Positions 37,895 to 46,971 of a DNA stretch of 64,000 nucleotides are shown here, piece by piece. Position numbers and translations under genes: made by a program. The stretch covers positions 62,001 through 126,000 of the IMG/VR virus record IMGVR_UViG_3300021962_000021; one strand, given 5' to 3'. Position 1 is the stretch's first letter. Each line of letters starts with the position of its first letter. The notes beneath the pieces are model-generated. The model did not search any database. It saw only the letters and a list, made by a program, of their open reading frames with translations, and was not told the origin of the DNA.

Positions 37895-38236
37895 ATGAAT
37901 AGGTTATTGATGGGTATTTTGTTTGGAATATTCGGACAAGTTATGTCCTTTATGCAATTGCAAGGCAGTGTAAAATATGGTTGGTTTCAAAAATATCCAA
38001 TTATAGTTTTATTAAGTTCAATACCAGCTGCATGGTTTTACATTAAATCGGTAGAAAATTTAGTAAGTTGGGGAAACGGACAATTGTGGCCATCTCGTCT
38101 TATTGGATTTGGTATTGGTATTGTTGTATTCGTATTATTGAGTTGGTTATTATTTAAAGAACCATTTAGTTTAAAGACTATAATTTGTTTATTACTTGCT
38201 GCAAGTATATTATTAATTCAAATATTTTGGAAATGA
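37895..38236 (+). CDS. 4-TM membrane protein (DMT/SMR-like topology)
   Basis: Four hydrophobic helices, LFKEP. Confidence 0.65.
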   Translation: MNRLLMGILFGIFGQVMSFMQLQGSVKYGWFQKYPIIVLLSSIPAAWFYIKSVENLVSWGNGQLWPSRLIGFGIGIVVFVLLSWLLFKEPFSLKTIICLLLAASILLIQIFWK

Positions 38237-38436
38237 GAAAGCCGGAATTAGTTAGAGCGGGTGAAGATTTATATGAGGTCATATATAAAGTTTCAGCATT
38301 TAAATTTTCAACGGATATAACAGGCGATAAAGCCGATATACTTAAACAATGGTTTGGTGCAGAAAAAATATTAAGAAATTCTCAAACGAATGAATATCTT
38401 TTTGTAAATTTAATACCTGAATTGGATTATGAGTAA
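38233..38436 (+). CDS. hypothetical protein
   Basis: ORF, start reassigned. Confidence 0.6.
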   Translation: MRKPELVRAGEDLYEVIYKVSAFKFSTDITGDKADILKQWFGAEKILRNSQTNEYLFVNLIPELDYE

Positions 38437-39109
38437 TATACATATACATTATTTTGGATGTTCTTTTACAAATTCCGAACATAGTAAAACGGGATATGAA
38501 TTTATAAATTTTAGAAAGTTAATTGAAGAAAAAATAAATTGTAATTCAACAAATCATTCGGAAAATGGAATGGCTAATCAGCACATATTCGATAAAGTTT
38601 ATAAATTATCAAAAACAGAAAATGTAAGTGATTCGATATTCGTTATTCAAACTACATTTTTAGATAGATTAGGAATGTATTGTGATTTGGAAAATGAATT
38701 TATTTCAATGTGTAAAATAGAGAGTCCGGATTCACAAGTTGATGGTGTAAAGATAAATTTTTACAATGATTGGATAAAATATTTTTATTCAAACAATAAT
38801 CAGTATTTAGAATTTGAAAAAGAAATAGATTTACTGGCCAATTGGTTAAAATCAAATAATATTCAATTTATTTTTATTGGAATGGATGGGATGTTATCTA
38901 AATTGGATAAAAGTTTTTTTGAAAGAAACAATTTTGCTATTTTTGATAATAAAGAATTTGCATTTTATCCATACGCAGCATCTAATAAATTAAGAATTGC
39001 GGATACAATTTCAAAAAAAGAAAGTAATGGAGTTTTGGATTTTCATTTTAATCAGTTAGGACATAATAGATTAGCAGAAGGTATTTTGAGAAAAATTAAA
39101 TTTGTTTAA
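38429..39109 (+). CDS. SGNH-like hydrolase-fold protein
   Basis: FGCSFT, NHSENGMAN, DFHFNQLGH. Confidence 0.65.
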   Translation: MSNIHIHYFGCSFTNSEHSKTGYEFINFRKLIEEKINCNSTNHSENGMANQHIFDKVYKLSKTENVSDSIFVIQTTFLDRLGMYCDLENEFISMCKIESPDSQVDGVKINFYNDWIKYFYSNNNQYLEFEKEIDLLANWLKSNNIQFIFIGMDGMLSKLDKSFFERNNFAIFDNKEFAFYPYAASNKLRIADTISKKESNGVLDFHFNQLGHNRLAEGILRKIKFV

Positions 39110-39141
39110 TAGATGTATATTTATATTTTAAAATAACATTT

Positions 39142-39240
39142 ATGACCAACAGAGAAAGAGCATCCAAAAACCGAAAGAAAATGCAAAAACAAAGTAGAAA
39201 GATTAATATCAAAAAAGGTATTCATCAAAAGCACACATAA
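39142..39240 (+). CDS. very basic 32-aa peptide
   Basis: MTNRERASKNRKKMQKQSRKINIKKGIHQKHT, between an ATATTTAT motif and a terminator. Confidence 0.5.
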   Translation: MTNRERASKNRKKMQKQSRKINIKKGIHQKHT

Positions 39241-39263
39241 AAATCTTGCATGCCATGTAACCC

Positions 39264-39326
39264 AAAAGGGACACCCTAAAAAGTGTCCCTTTTATTTTGT
39301 AATATCGAATATTTTTTGTATATTTA
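39264..39326 (+). terminator. intrinsic terminator followed by promoter (TTTG 39296, TATATTTA 39319)
   Basis: AAAAGGGACAC/GTGTCCCTTTT. Confidence 0.7.
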
Positions 39327-39330
39327 ATGA

Positions 39331-39870
39331 ATGAAAAAAATATGCGCATATTGTGGACAAGATACTTATCATGTCGATATTGAATACCTTGTAGGATATA
39401 ATCATTTGAGTTGTGCATTGGCAGCAGAACAGAAAGCAGAACAAATGCAAATAATAAATTGGAAAAAAATACAAGGTGAACGATTTGAATTGATGGGTGC
39501 ATCGTTTTGTTTTGGTAGAGTTTATGAAAATAGTCAGGCCTACTTCACTGAAATAATCGAAACCGCTGATAACGATATTGTATTTCGTGTCAAACTAACT
39601 AAAATGGTTGGTGAATTTAATTTGGAAATAGAAGATACAAAGAATATTTTAAGTTCAAAAATTAGAAGAATAATAAGACCAAACGAAATAAAATCTTTAC
39701 AAAACTTTATTCATATCGCTTGTGATTCGATTAACAAAAATCAAGTTATTAAAACATATTGTTCTTTGCTCGGTATGATGCAAGATGAAATTAGAAGTAA
39801 AAGAAAAGCAAAAACAATATCAGGAAACACAAACTTTAATATGCCTGTTTCACAATCAATAAAATGGTAA
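39331..39870 (+). CDS. hypothetical protein with N-terminal Zn knuckle
   Basis: CAYC...HLSC. Confidence 0.65.
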   Translation: MKKICAYCGQDTYHVDIEYLVGYNHLSCALAAEQKAEQMQIINWKKIQGERFELMGASFCFGRVYENSQAYFTEIIETADNDIVFRVKLTKMVGEFNLEIEDTKNILSSKIRRIIRPNEIKSLQNFIHIACDSINKNQVIKTYCSLLGMMQDEIRSKRKAKTISGNTNFNMPVSQSIKW

Positions 39871-39873
39871 ATA

Positions 39874-40350
39874 ATGAAAAAACTAATAACAATAATTTTA
39901 TTATTTGTGAGTGTTAATTTATACTCACAAACAAAAAAACCTTTAGGTGCAGTGGATAGTATTCCTGTTTTGACACCTGATACTACATTCAATAATTTCG
40001 TTTATCATTGGTTGGGTAAACCATATAAGTTAGGTGGCAAAACCGAACGAGGTATTGATTGTTCACAATTCAATAAGAGGTTGGCAATGGACGTGTACAA
40101 AATACAATTAGAAAATGTTTGTTATAGACAGTGGGACCAGACTGAAAGGATAAAGCAAGATAGTTTACAAATAGGGGATTTGGTATTTTTCAGGAGCAAA
40201 CAATCGCCTTCGGGTTGGCATTGTGGAACATACATTGGCGAAACAATGTTTATACATGCAGCAAACCGATATGAAGGTGTAAAGATTAGTTCACTATTAG
40301 AGCCAAATTACAAAAGAGCATATAAAGGAGCAGGACGAATTAAAAAATAA
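39874..40350 (+). CDS. NlpC/P60 (C40) peptidoglycan peptidase, secreted
   Basis: Signal peptide, PYKLGG, GIDCS, GDLVFF, HCGTY, FIHA. Confidence 0.92.
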   Translation: MKKLITIILLFVSVNLYSQTKKPLGAVDSIPVLTPDTTFNNFVYHWLGKPYKLGGKTERGIDCSQFNKRLAMDVYKIQLENVCYRQWDQTERIKQDSLQIGDLVFFRSKQSPSGWHCGTYIGETMFIHAANRYEGVKISSLLEPNYKRAYKGAGRIKK

Positions 40351-40355
40351 AAATT

Positions 40356-40898
40356 ATGTTTGATAAACTAATTGAAATAATAACTAGATTTTGGAATGAT
40401 ATTTTACCTTTCATTATAGTTGAACAATGGAATGAAGCTATACATTTAAGATTGGGTAAATATCATAGAACATTGAAGGCAGGTATTTGGATTAAAATAC
40501 CATTCTTTGATTCGATTATTGAAACAGCGGTAATTACACAAACTGTAAATTTGCCGGCGCAAACACTAACTACATTAGACGAGCAGGGAATTGTATTGAA
40601 AGCTTTGATTAGATATAGGGTGGTGAATGTAAAAAATTATCTTTTGAATGTGATGCACGCAAATGATGTATTGGTAGATACTACTATGGGAATGATTAGA
40701 GACATTGTTGAATTAACAACTTGGGCCGATTTGATTGATGTAAATGAACAAATAACTGCCGAAGTGAAAGAATTTGTAGAAAAATGGGGAATTGAAATTG
40801 AAAAAATAACAATAACCGATTTGGCAATTGTAAAAACTTTTCGTATATTAGGTGATGACATAAAACCTTTACCATTAAACGAATTTAACAATGGATAA
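40356..40898 (+). CDS. SPFH/band 7 (stomatin-like) protein
   Basis: LRLGKY, IPFFD, PAQTLTTLD, WGIEIEKITITD. Confidence 0.85.
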   Translation: MFDKLIEIITRFWNDILPFIIVEQWNEAIHLRLGKYHRTLKAGIWIKIPFFDSIIETAVITQTVNLPAQTLTTLDEQGIVLKALIRYRVVNVKNYLLNVMHANDVLVDTTMGMIRDIVELTTWADLIDVNEQITAEVKEFVEKWGIEIEKITITDLAIVKTFRILGDDIKPLPLNEFNNG

Positions 40899-41082
40899 AC
40901 AATATTCAAAACAAATGATAGCATGGGCTGAGGAAGCAAAACAATATTTAAAAATATCAGCATCAGTAATTAACGAAACGCCAAACGATTTGGAATTGGG
41001 GAATAAAATAAGACAAATGTATTGGAAGCATGAAAAAGAAAATGATGAGTTAATTGAAAGGTGTAAAAAAGAAACAAAATGA
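40891..41082 (+). CDS. hypothetical protein
   Basis: PNDLELGNKIR. Confidence 0.6.
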   Translation: MDKQYSKQMIAWAEEAKQYLKISASVINETPNDLELGNKIRQMYWKHEKENDELIERCKKETK

Positions 41083-41273
41083 AAAAAACAAAATGGTTTA
41101 TAGCAAATAACCGAACACAAAAAAACAAAGACATTGTAAACATTTTACCATTTATTAAATTATGGTATAGTGAAAATTACTTTTTAGAAACAGGAGTATT
41201 AACACCCGCATTTGGAATAGCAATTAGTTGGTTAAAATGGAATTACTATTTTACTATGCAAAAAGGATATTAG
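41079..41273 (+). CDS. hypothetical protein
   Basis: ORF. Confidence 0.6.
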   Translation: MKKTKWFIANNRTQKNKDIVNILPFIKLWYSENYFLETGVLTPAFGIAISWLKWNYYFTMQKGY

Positions 41274-41274
41274 T

Positions 41275-41829
41275 ATGAAAATCAAAGGTTGGGAAAAAAT
41301 AAGTGGATATACATACAAAGGTTATTCAATAGTTAATCCAATACATAATGCGGACGAAACTAGATATGAAGCAACTATATTAAACTTAAACTTACCGCAA
41401 AAACCAAAATGGGAATTGACTGTATTGACACCCGCACATAAATTTAAACATGATACCAATTTTAGTATTATTGTGAGGGATGACGAAAATCGTTCTACAA
41501 TAAATTCAGTAGATAAAAAAAGGATGGCATCAATTTCAATTTTCAGAAACACATTTGAGGAAATGATTGATAAATTATTGAGTATGAGGTTGACATCTGC
41601 CGGTGTAACTGCAAGTAGTCATTCAATAAATATGAATGCATATGCCACCAAAACAATCAATCCTAAATTATATGGACCTGTTAAAGTTACAAATACCGGT
41701 GGATTATTTAGCACGATACAATCAAATGGAAACAATGTTGTATGGGACCCGAATACTAATTTACCAAGTTCAATGTTAATTGCAATAAAAGATTTACAAA
41801 AACAAATTGATGAGTTAAAAAACAAATAA
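41275..41829 (+). CDS. hypothetical protein
   Basis: ORF; C-terminal LIAIKDLQKQIDELK coil. Confidence 0.65.
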   Translation: MKIKGWEKISGYTYKGYSIVNPIHNADETRYEATILNLNLPQKPKWELTVLTPAHKFKHDTNFSIIVRDDENRSTINSVDKKRMASISIFRNTFEEMIDKLLSMRLTSAGVTASSHSINMNAYATKTINPKLYGPVKVTNTGGLFSTIQSNGNNVVWDPNTNLPSSMLIAIKDLQKQIDELKNK

Positions 41830-42026
41830 TGAAAAATAAAAATAAAGTGGCATTATTTAAAGAACTAAAAGAAATCAGAGAACAAATACTTTACTGGGAA
41901 AAATATCAGGGAGTAAACTGGTTGGGTAAGTGGGCTCGTAGTGTTAGATTAGAAAGGTTGCACAAAAGGTATTCAATTATAGAAAGGAAAATTCAAAAAC
42001 TAAAAAATAAAAATAATGGTGAATGA
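41829..42026 (+). CDS. hypothetical protein
   Basis: ORF. Confidence 0.6.
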   Translation: MKNKNKVALFKELKEIREQILYWEKYQGVNWLGKWARSVRLERLHKRYSIIERKIQKLKNKNNGE

Positions 42027-42129
42027 TATTTTAATTATTGGCTTGATTACTATTCTAAGTTTTGTAGCAATATTTGGAACGATTGATATGTTAAGGCAAA
42101 TAAACAAATTGGAAGATAAAAATTAATTT

Positions 42130-42336
42130 ATGACTTACGATTGTCACGGTAAATCACATTCTTTTGTAAAAGAGGATTTTGAAAATTGGTTATTGGTTAA
42201 TCAATCCAAATTACCACTTGAAGTAGTTACAGGAAATTCAGAACATATGCAAAGAATAATTAAAGGTGTTTTGGAATTTTACGATTTTGATTATTACATA
42301 CCGCCAACAAATAATGGAGTTATTAAAATTATATAA
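42130..42336 (+). CDS. minimal Smr-domain-like protein
   Basis: DCHG...VVTGNS...NNG. Confidence 0.55.
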   Translation: MTYDCHGKSHSFVKEDFENWLLVNQSKLPLEVVTGNSEHMQRIIKGVLEFYDFDYYIPPTNNGVIKII

Positions 42337-42358
42337 ATAAAATAAAACAAAATAAGTT

Positions 42359-43072
42359 ATGGAATTAGTATTAGCAATTGTAGCAGTAGTAGTAGTATTC
42401 TTTATTGGATACATTGTGGGTGCAAAACAAATGAGTAAAGAACAATATGAAGGGTCGCTTGGTTCATACACACCTGGTGAAGTTAATTGGTCACCACCAA
42501 CAAGTTCATTTAATAGTGAAGTACCAGTAGAATGGTTGGCAAGTGGTGATAAAGAAAGAGCACTACATATAGCCGGAATTAAAGAAGCAAGTTGGGAAAA
42601 ACAAAAAGAGTGGGAAGCTGAAAGAAAAGTAAAGGTTGAAGAAAAATCTGCACTTAGTGATAAACAATTAATGGAATACATTGAAGCAAAGAATGAGGAA
42701 ATATTAGTTAAAGCAGGTATCAAACAATATGATAGAAATAAAGGAGTGGATGATTTAACTAAAAAAATACAATCAATTGTAACGACAGATGATATTGATG
42801 AGGTTCAAAGAGTTAAATTGAAAGCAGCAGCTGCAAGAAAAGAATATGAAAGGGAAAGGCAAGAACGAATTAAAATTGACTTTGATGCATTGAACTTTAG
42901 TAGAATATCCAATGAAGCTAGAAAACAAATAACCGAAATAGTAAAGCAGGATTTGGAAAACAAAATAAAAGAAATCGAAAAAAATACTCCTGAAATTGAA
43001 GAAGTCATTGAAACGCCAAAACAAAAAAATAAACGAAGTGAAAATAAAAATAGAAAATCCACATCACATTAA
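42359..43072 (+). CDS. membrane-anchored coiled-coil protein
   Basis: N-terminal TM followed by charged helices. Confidence 0.7.
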   Translation: MELVLAIVAVVVVFFIGYIVGAKQMSKEQYEGSLGSYTPGEVNWSPPTSSFNSEVPVEWLASGDKERALHIAGIKEASWEKQKEWEAERKVKVEEKSALSDKQLMEYIEAKNEEILVKAGIKQYDRNKGVDDLTKKIQSIVTTDDIDEVQRVKLKAAAARKEYERERQERIKIDFDALNFSRISNEARKQITEIVKQDLENKIKEIEKNTPEIEEVIETPKQKNKRSENKNRKSTSH

Positions 43073-43367
43073 TACAAAGAATATGTGTCTTGATGGGTCC
43101 ATTGTTGAAATATCTTATATTGGATTAGAAGAACGAATAAATGCATCGGATAAAATACCATATACTATTTACAAATTTGAAGGATATCAAAATAGAACTT
43201 TCAGTAAAATGGTAAAATTTGAATTACATACTGATATAATCGATAACAAAGTTCAAATGAATATACATCAAAACGGCGGAATGACATTTGGTAGTGTATA
43301 TGTCGACACGGTAAAAGATAGGGATGCATTGATAAACTATTTTATTGAGGAAATAAAAAGATACTAA
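43038..43367 (+). CDS. hypothetical protein, LxIxN family
   Basis: GTG start, KIKIENPHHI. Confidence 0.6.
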   Translation: MKIKIENPHHINTKNMCLDGSIVEISYIGLEERINASDKIPYTIYKFEGYQNRTFSKMVKFELHTDIIDNKVQMNIHQNGGMTFGSVYVDTVKDRDALINYFIEEIKRY

Positions 43368-43368
43368 T

Positions 43369-43575
43369 ATGAAAAATGAAATCTTAGGAAGTTACAAAGA
43401 ATATATAATCATTGAACGGACGGATTTGCATGAATTAAAAGATATGGCAAGAGAATTATTTGAAAAAGCAGATAATGATATTTCAAATTATCACAAAGCA
43501 GCCGCAATAATGGATGTAGTAAAGTTTTTAAAGGAACGAAATATTTACAATAGGGAATTTAAAATTAAACCATAA
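43369..43575 (+). CDS. hypothetical protein
   Basis: ORF. Confidence 0.6.
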   Translation: MKNEILGSYKEYIIIERTDLHELKDMARELFEKADNDISNYHKAAAIMDVVKFLKERNIYNREFKIKP

Positions 43576-43918
43576 TAAATAAAACAATATGAAACAAAAA
43601 TTAGAAAAAGCATTAGAATATATCGGTTATGTATTTATCACCGCAGTATCTTTATTGGTATTGACTTGGGGATTTCGTTTTTTGTGGGAGTCCGCAAAAT
43701 CTATTTGGAAAGTATTAAGTAAATAACGAGGGGGGCCGGGGGGAACAAACCCGTCGTTTCGCCCAATTTTTTTGATAGTATTATGAATGATATTATTTTA
43801 TTTTTTATCTTATACATAGTAGTTTTGGTATTACAGCTCGGAATATATAAATTCGACAAATCAAATAACAAAGGTAAAATAAAAAACATAAACCATAAAC
43901 GAAATAAAAAGATACATA

Positions 43919-44248
43919 ATGTTAGTAATAGAAAATTTTTATAAGTTAAGGAATAGACCTTTGAACAAACGAAACTTTTATGTAGAAAGTATAAATGAAA
44001 GGTTTGATTTGGATGGCAAATTATTAACACAATCAAATCATAGATACGTGATTGGTATAACGAATAGAGTATACGCAATACAAATTACATTACATAGAGA
44101 AGCAATTGGACGAGAAGGCAATTGGGATTATACATTACAAAGTAGCACAGGACATAAAATTTATATAAACAAAGAGGACATAAGTAATATTGATAAGTTT
44201 ATAAATAAATTAAGATTAGTAGCATTAAATAAATTCGTAAACTATTAA
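43919..44248 (+). CDS. hypothetical protein, LxIxN family
   Basis: MLVIENFYKL. Confidence 0.65.
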   Translation: MLVIENFYKLRNRPLNKRNFYVESINERFDLDGKLLTQSNHRYVIGITNRVYAIQITLHREAIGREGNWDYTLQSSTGHKIYINKEDISNIDKFINKLRLVALNKFVNY

Positions 44249-44338
44249 TAACAATGGGGACATTTAAAGAAAGGAAAAAAGAAATAATAACAGGAGCAAT
44301 CATTGGTATTTGGGTATGGTTAATTTTAAAATGGTTAA

Positions 44339-44788
44339 ATGGATAGCAAACAATTAAGAGCAATGAGTGTAAAGAATGCGCACGCTGCAATCAAACAAGC
44401 ACAAACCCTTTGGAACCCGAATGCGATGTATCAAAAAGTTATCCAAGCTTTAAATGAATTAGAAACTACCGAAACTAAACCTGTTATGCTCACAATACAA
44501 AATATAGAAAAATTATTTCGTAAAGATATATGCGGTTGGCGAATTAGTGGAGTTGAAACCTTACCTAGTACATACATTATTCATTTACGCAAACCAAACG
44601 GGGAAAGGCATCAAGTAAATTTAGAAAGGATGCCGATAGGTGTTAAATATGAATTGTGGTGTTGGAAGGGAGTGGATTTTAAAACGGGTAATATGAATAA
44701 TGCAAAACCCGAAAGGTTAATGATAGAACGAAAACATTTAGAAACAATGGATGAAGCATTGAGAGTTATAAATTTAGTATTGATGTAA
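44339..44788 (+). CDS. hypothetical protein with internal LxIxN-family domain
   Basis: ...MLTIQNIEKL...WRISGVE. Confidence 0.65.
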   Translation: MDSKQLRAMSVKNAHAAIKQAQTLWNPNAMYQKVIQALNELETTETKPVMLTIQNIEKLFRKDICGWRISGVETLPSTYIIHLRKPNGERHQVNLERMPIGVKYELWCWKGVDFKTGNMNNAKPERLMIERKHLETMDEALRVINLVLM

Positions 44789-44842
44789 AATAAAAAGATA
44801 ATACGCCGGAAAACCTTAATAAAATAAATTCAGCAAGGATAT

Positions 44843-45058
44843 ATGAATAAGAGTATAACAAAAGAAAATGTAACTATACAAGATATACAGAGTATAAGTA
44901 AGGATATGAATATAATACTGAATAAAGAACAGGAACAAAATATACTAAGTGAATACAATAAGGAAGTAATGGATAAAGGGGAAAGCTGGAATGAATTAGT
45001 CCGAATACTAATAACTAAACACGAAACAATAAGAGTATTAAAAGAATTAAATAAATAA
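44843..45058 (+). CDS. hypothetical protein
   Basis: ORF. Confidence 0.6.
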   Translation: MNKSITKENVTIQDIQSISKDMNIILNKEQEQNILSEYNKEVMDKGESWNELVRILITKHETIRVLKELNK

Positions 45059-45064
45059 TACTAT

Positions 45065-45337
45065 ATGCGATTAAAAATAAAAAATCCCCATAAGATAATA
45101 GGCAAGGAATACGATAGTAGATTAGATGTAGTAGGGGTAAAAGAATATGAAAATGTTTATGAGTTTACATTGGGAGCAAAGAATACAATGAGTAGACAAA
45201 ACGAAACTATATTGCTACATAGAAAACAAACCCAAAACGGAATGTGGATAATGGAATATAAGAATAAAACACTTTGGTTAAATAAAAACGAATTTGATAC
45301 AATGGATAAAATTATAATTTGTATGCGAACAATATAA
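45065..45337 (+). CDS. hypothetical protein, LxIxN family
   Basis: MRLKIKNPHKI. Confidence 0.65.
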   Translation: MRLKIKNPHKIIGKEYDSRLDVVGVKEYENVYEFTLGAKNTMSRQNETILLHRKQTQNGMWIMEYKNKTLWLNKNEFDTMDKIIICMRTI

Positions 45338-45348
45338 AAAGAAATAGT

Positions 45349-45513
45349 ATGTTAAAGTATTTAAATGGATGGGCAACCAATATAGCATCGGCAGTAGGTG
45401 GAATGGCAATAGTGTTTGGTGAAATAGATGATGCGCCTGGTTTGGGTGGTATTGGTATTATCCTAATTGGATTTAGTATGTATTTGAATTATAAAGTAAT
45501 AAAAAATAAATAA
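45349..45513 (+). CDS. small membrane protein
   Basis: FGEIDDAPGLGGIG hairpin. Confidence 0.6.
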   Translation: MLKYLNGWATNIASAVGGMAIVFGEIDDAPGLGGIGIILIGFSMYLNYKVIKNK

Positions 45514-45516
45514 GGT

Positions 45517-45753
45517 ATGAATATAAGAAAATATAACGAATGGAATGATAAAGAAGGTATAATGAAAACTATGCCAATGTGGATAACAAAAGGTTGGAGA
45601 AGGATAACAGGATATAAAACAAGAGGATATAAAAATAGAGTTAGTTTAGTTGGTTGGAGTAGAACATATATTGCTGAACCTGAATTAACAAAACATATAA
45701 AACGAAATAGAGTCCATAAGTTGTGTATATTAAACAATACAGTGTCAAAATAA
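45517..45753 (+). CDS. basic hypothetical protein
   Basis: ORF. Confidence 0.5.
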   Translation: MNIRKYNEWNDKEGIMKTMPMWITKGWRRITGYKTRGYKNRVSLVGWSRTYIAEPELTKHIKRNRVHKLCILNNTVSK

Positions 45754-46033
45754 ATAATGTAGTGTTAATTTGTGGGTAAAAGTGGTAAATTGTGTTAAAG
45801 AGTGGTAAAAATTTAATGTGTCAAAATAATTTACTTACATACTTACACACTACAAAGAAAACAAATTACTATAAAAGTGTATCACTATAAACTGAAATAT
45901 CCCACCTGCGTTCACACTGCGCAATGTTTTTCCCGGCAATACAAAAATGGTGAAAGGGGATGCGCAGAGTTAGTCCCGATTAGTTAGGTGAGTTGCGCAA
46001 AGTGAAATTAATTTAGCTATTGTGGTCCGTGCG

Positions 46034-46116
46034 ATGAAACGCAGACCTGTAACGGGTTTCCTGAAGATACGAAAAATATTCCACATTGCCAAATATAAGC
46101 CTGGTCTGCGTTTCAT
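46034..46116. repeat. 14-bp perfect inverted repeat enclosing a minus-strand promoter
   Basis: ATGAAACGCAGACC (46034-47) / GGTCTGCGTTTCAT (46103-16). Confidence 0.85.
46062..46093 (-). promoter_or_regulatory. Bacteroidetes-type promoter on the minus strand
   Basis: Reverse complement TTTG-N20-TATCTTCA with TTCGTA context like the + strand promoters. Confidence 0.6.
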
Positions 46117-46230
46117 TAGATAATTTTTATTTCGCACCGTGTCTCTTTTAAATAATATCTAACAAAACCTTTATATAATTGATTGATTTTCAATGAGTTG
46201 CATAACTTGTTGATTATCAGTTAGTTGCCA

Positions 46231-46258
46231 GTGTCCTATATAATATATTATGTTAAAT
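46231..46258 (+). other. dif-like Xer recombination site 1
   Basis: GTGTCCTATAT-AATATA-TTATGTTAAAT (exact XerD arm). Confidence 0.5.
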
Positions 46259-46304
46259 AGGGAAGTAATTGATTGTCAGTGCTTTACGCAAGAAAAACCC
46301 GAAA

Positions 46305-46332
46305 AAAACTAATAATTGATATTATGTTAAAT
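46305..46332 (+). other. dif-like Xer recombination site 2
   Basis: AAAACTAATAA-TTGATA-TTATGTTAAAT. Confidence 0.55.
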
Positions 46333-46548
46333 AGAAATTTCGTAACTAATTGATTGTCAACGAGTTATGTTTTCAAAAATTCTTTATTGACAATCAATCA
46401 GTTATGCCGGCGGAAATATATCGGTTTTATAACTCGTTGATTGTCAATAAACTTTTTTTTCAAATTATTTGGTGGTCCCTAAAATTTGCCGTATCTTTAC
46501 AGGGTAAAGTTCCAATATCGGACAAGGTATATAAAAAATTTGTAATAT

Positions 46549-46923
46549 ATGAGTAAGTTTAACATTGAATTTAAAGAAAGTATCAAAACCGGCGGTAATC
46601 GTTTGGGTCAATTGATTGAAAACCCTTTTAAGAATTTTGCCGCGAGTAAAATGAGTTTAGGTAAAAAAACTATGTGTATCGTTGAATATACCGATTTGTT
46701 GGGTAATGTTCACCGCATTAAATGTAATAACCGAAAACAAATGACTGAAGCTCAGTTATTCCTTTCTATGTTTAAAAAGGAAGCCGCTACTATTAAAAAT
46801 ATTATTGCGGAATATCCAATTTCTTATGGTCGTATCCCTAAAAAGTTTATGAGTGAATTGCGTAGTGAATTGGTTGAATTTGGTTTAACTTACAAATTCA
46901 TTAACAAATTGGCTGGTTATTAA
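46549..46923 (+). CDS. hypothetical protein (putative early gene)
   Basis: First ORF after promoter, MSK start. Confidence 0.7.
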   Translation: MSKFNIEFKESIKTGGNRLGQLIENPFKNFAASKMSLGKKTMCIVEYTDLLGNVHRIKCNNRKQMTEAQLFLSMFKKEAATIKNIIAEYPISYGRIPKKFMSELRSELVEFGLTYKFINKLAGY

Positions 46924-46971
46924 TATCAGCCTTTTGTATTTCAAAATTGTTTCACCTTTAAATTATAGTAT

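Larger units (their letters stand above)
46175..46499 (+). promoter_or_regulatory. array of six TTGA-N3-TCA(A/G) boxes plus promoter
   Basis: Cores at 46183, 46210, 46269, 46350, 46387, 46437; TTTG(46468)-N20-TATCTTTA. Confidence 0.7.

Noticed and set aside
46175-46447. CRISPR array or matS sites
   Set aside because: Repeats are degenerate palindromes with irregular spacing, no cas genes are present, and the core differs from the 13-bp matS
46350-46556. 68-aa ORF
   Set aside because: Lies over the operator and promoter array; TTG start
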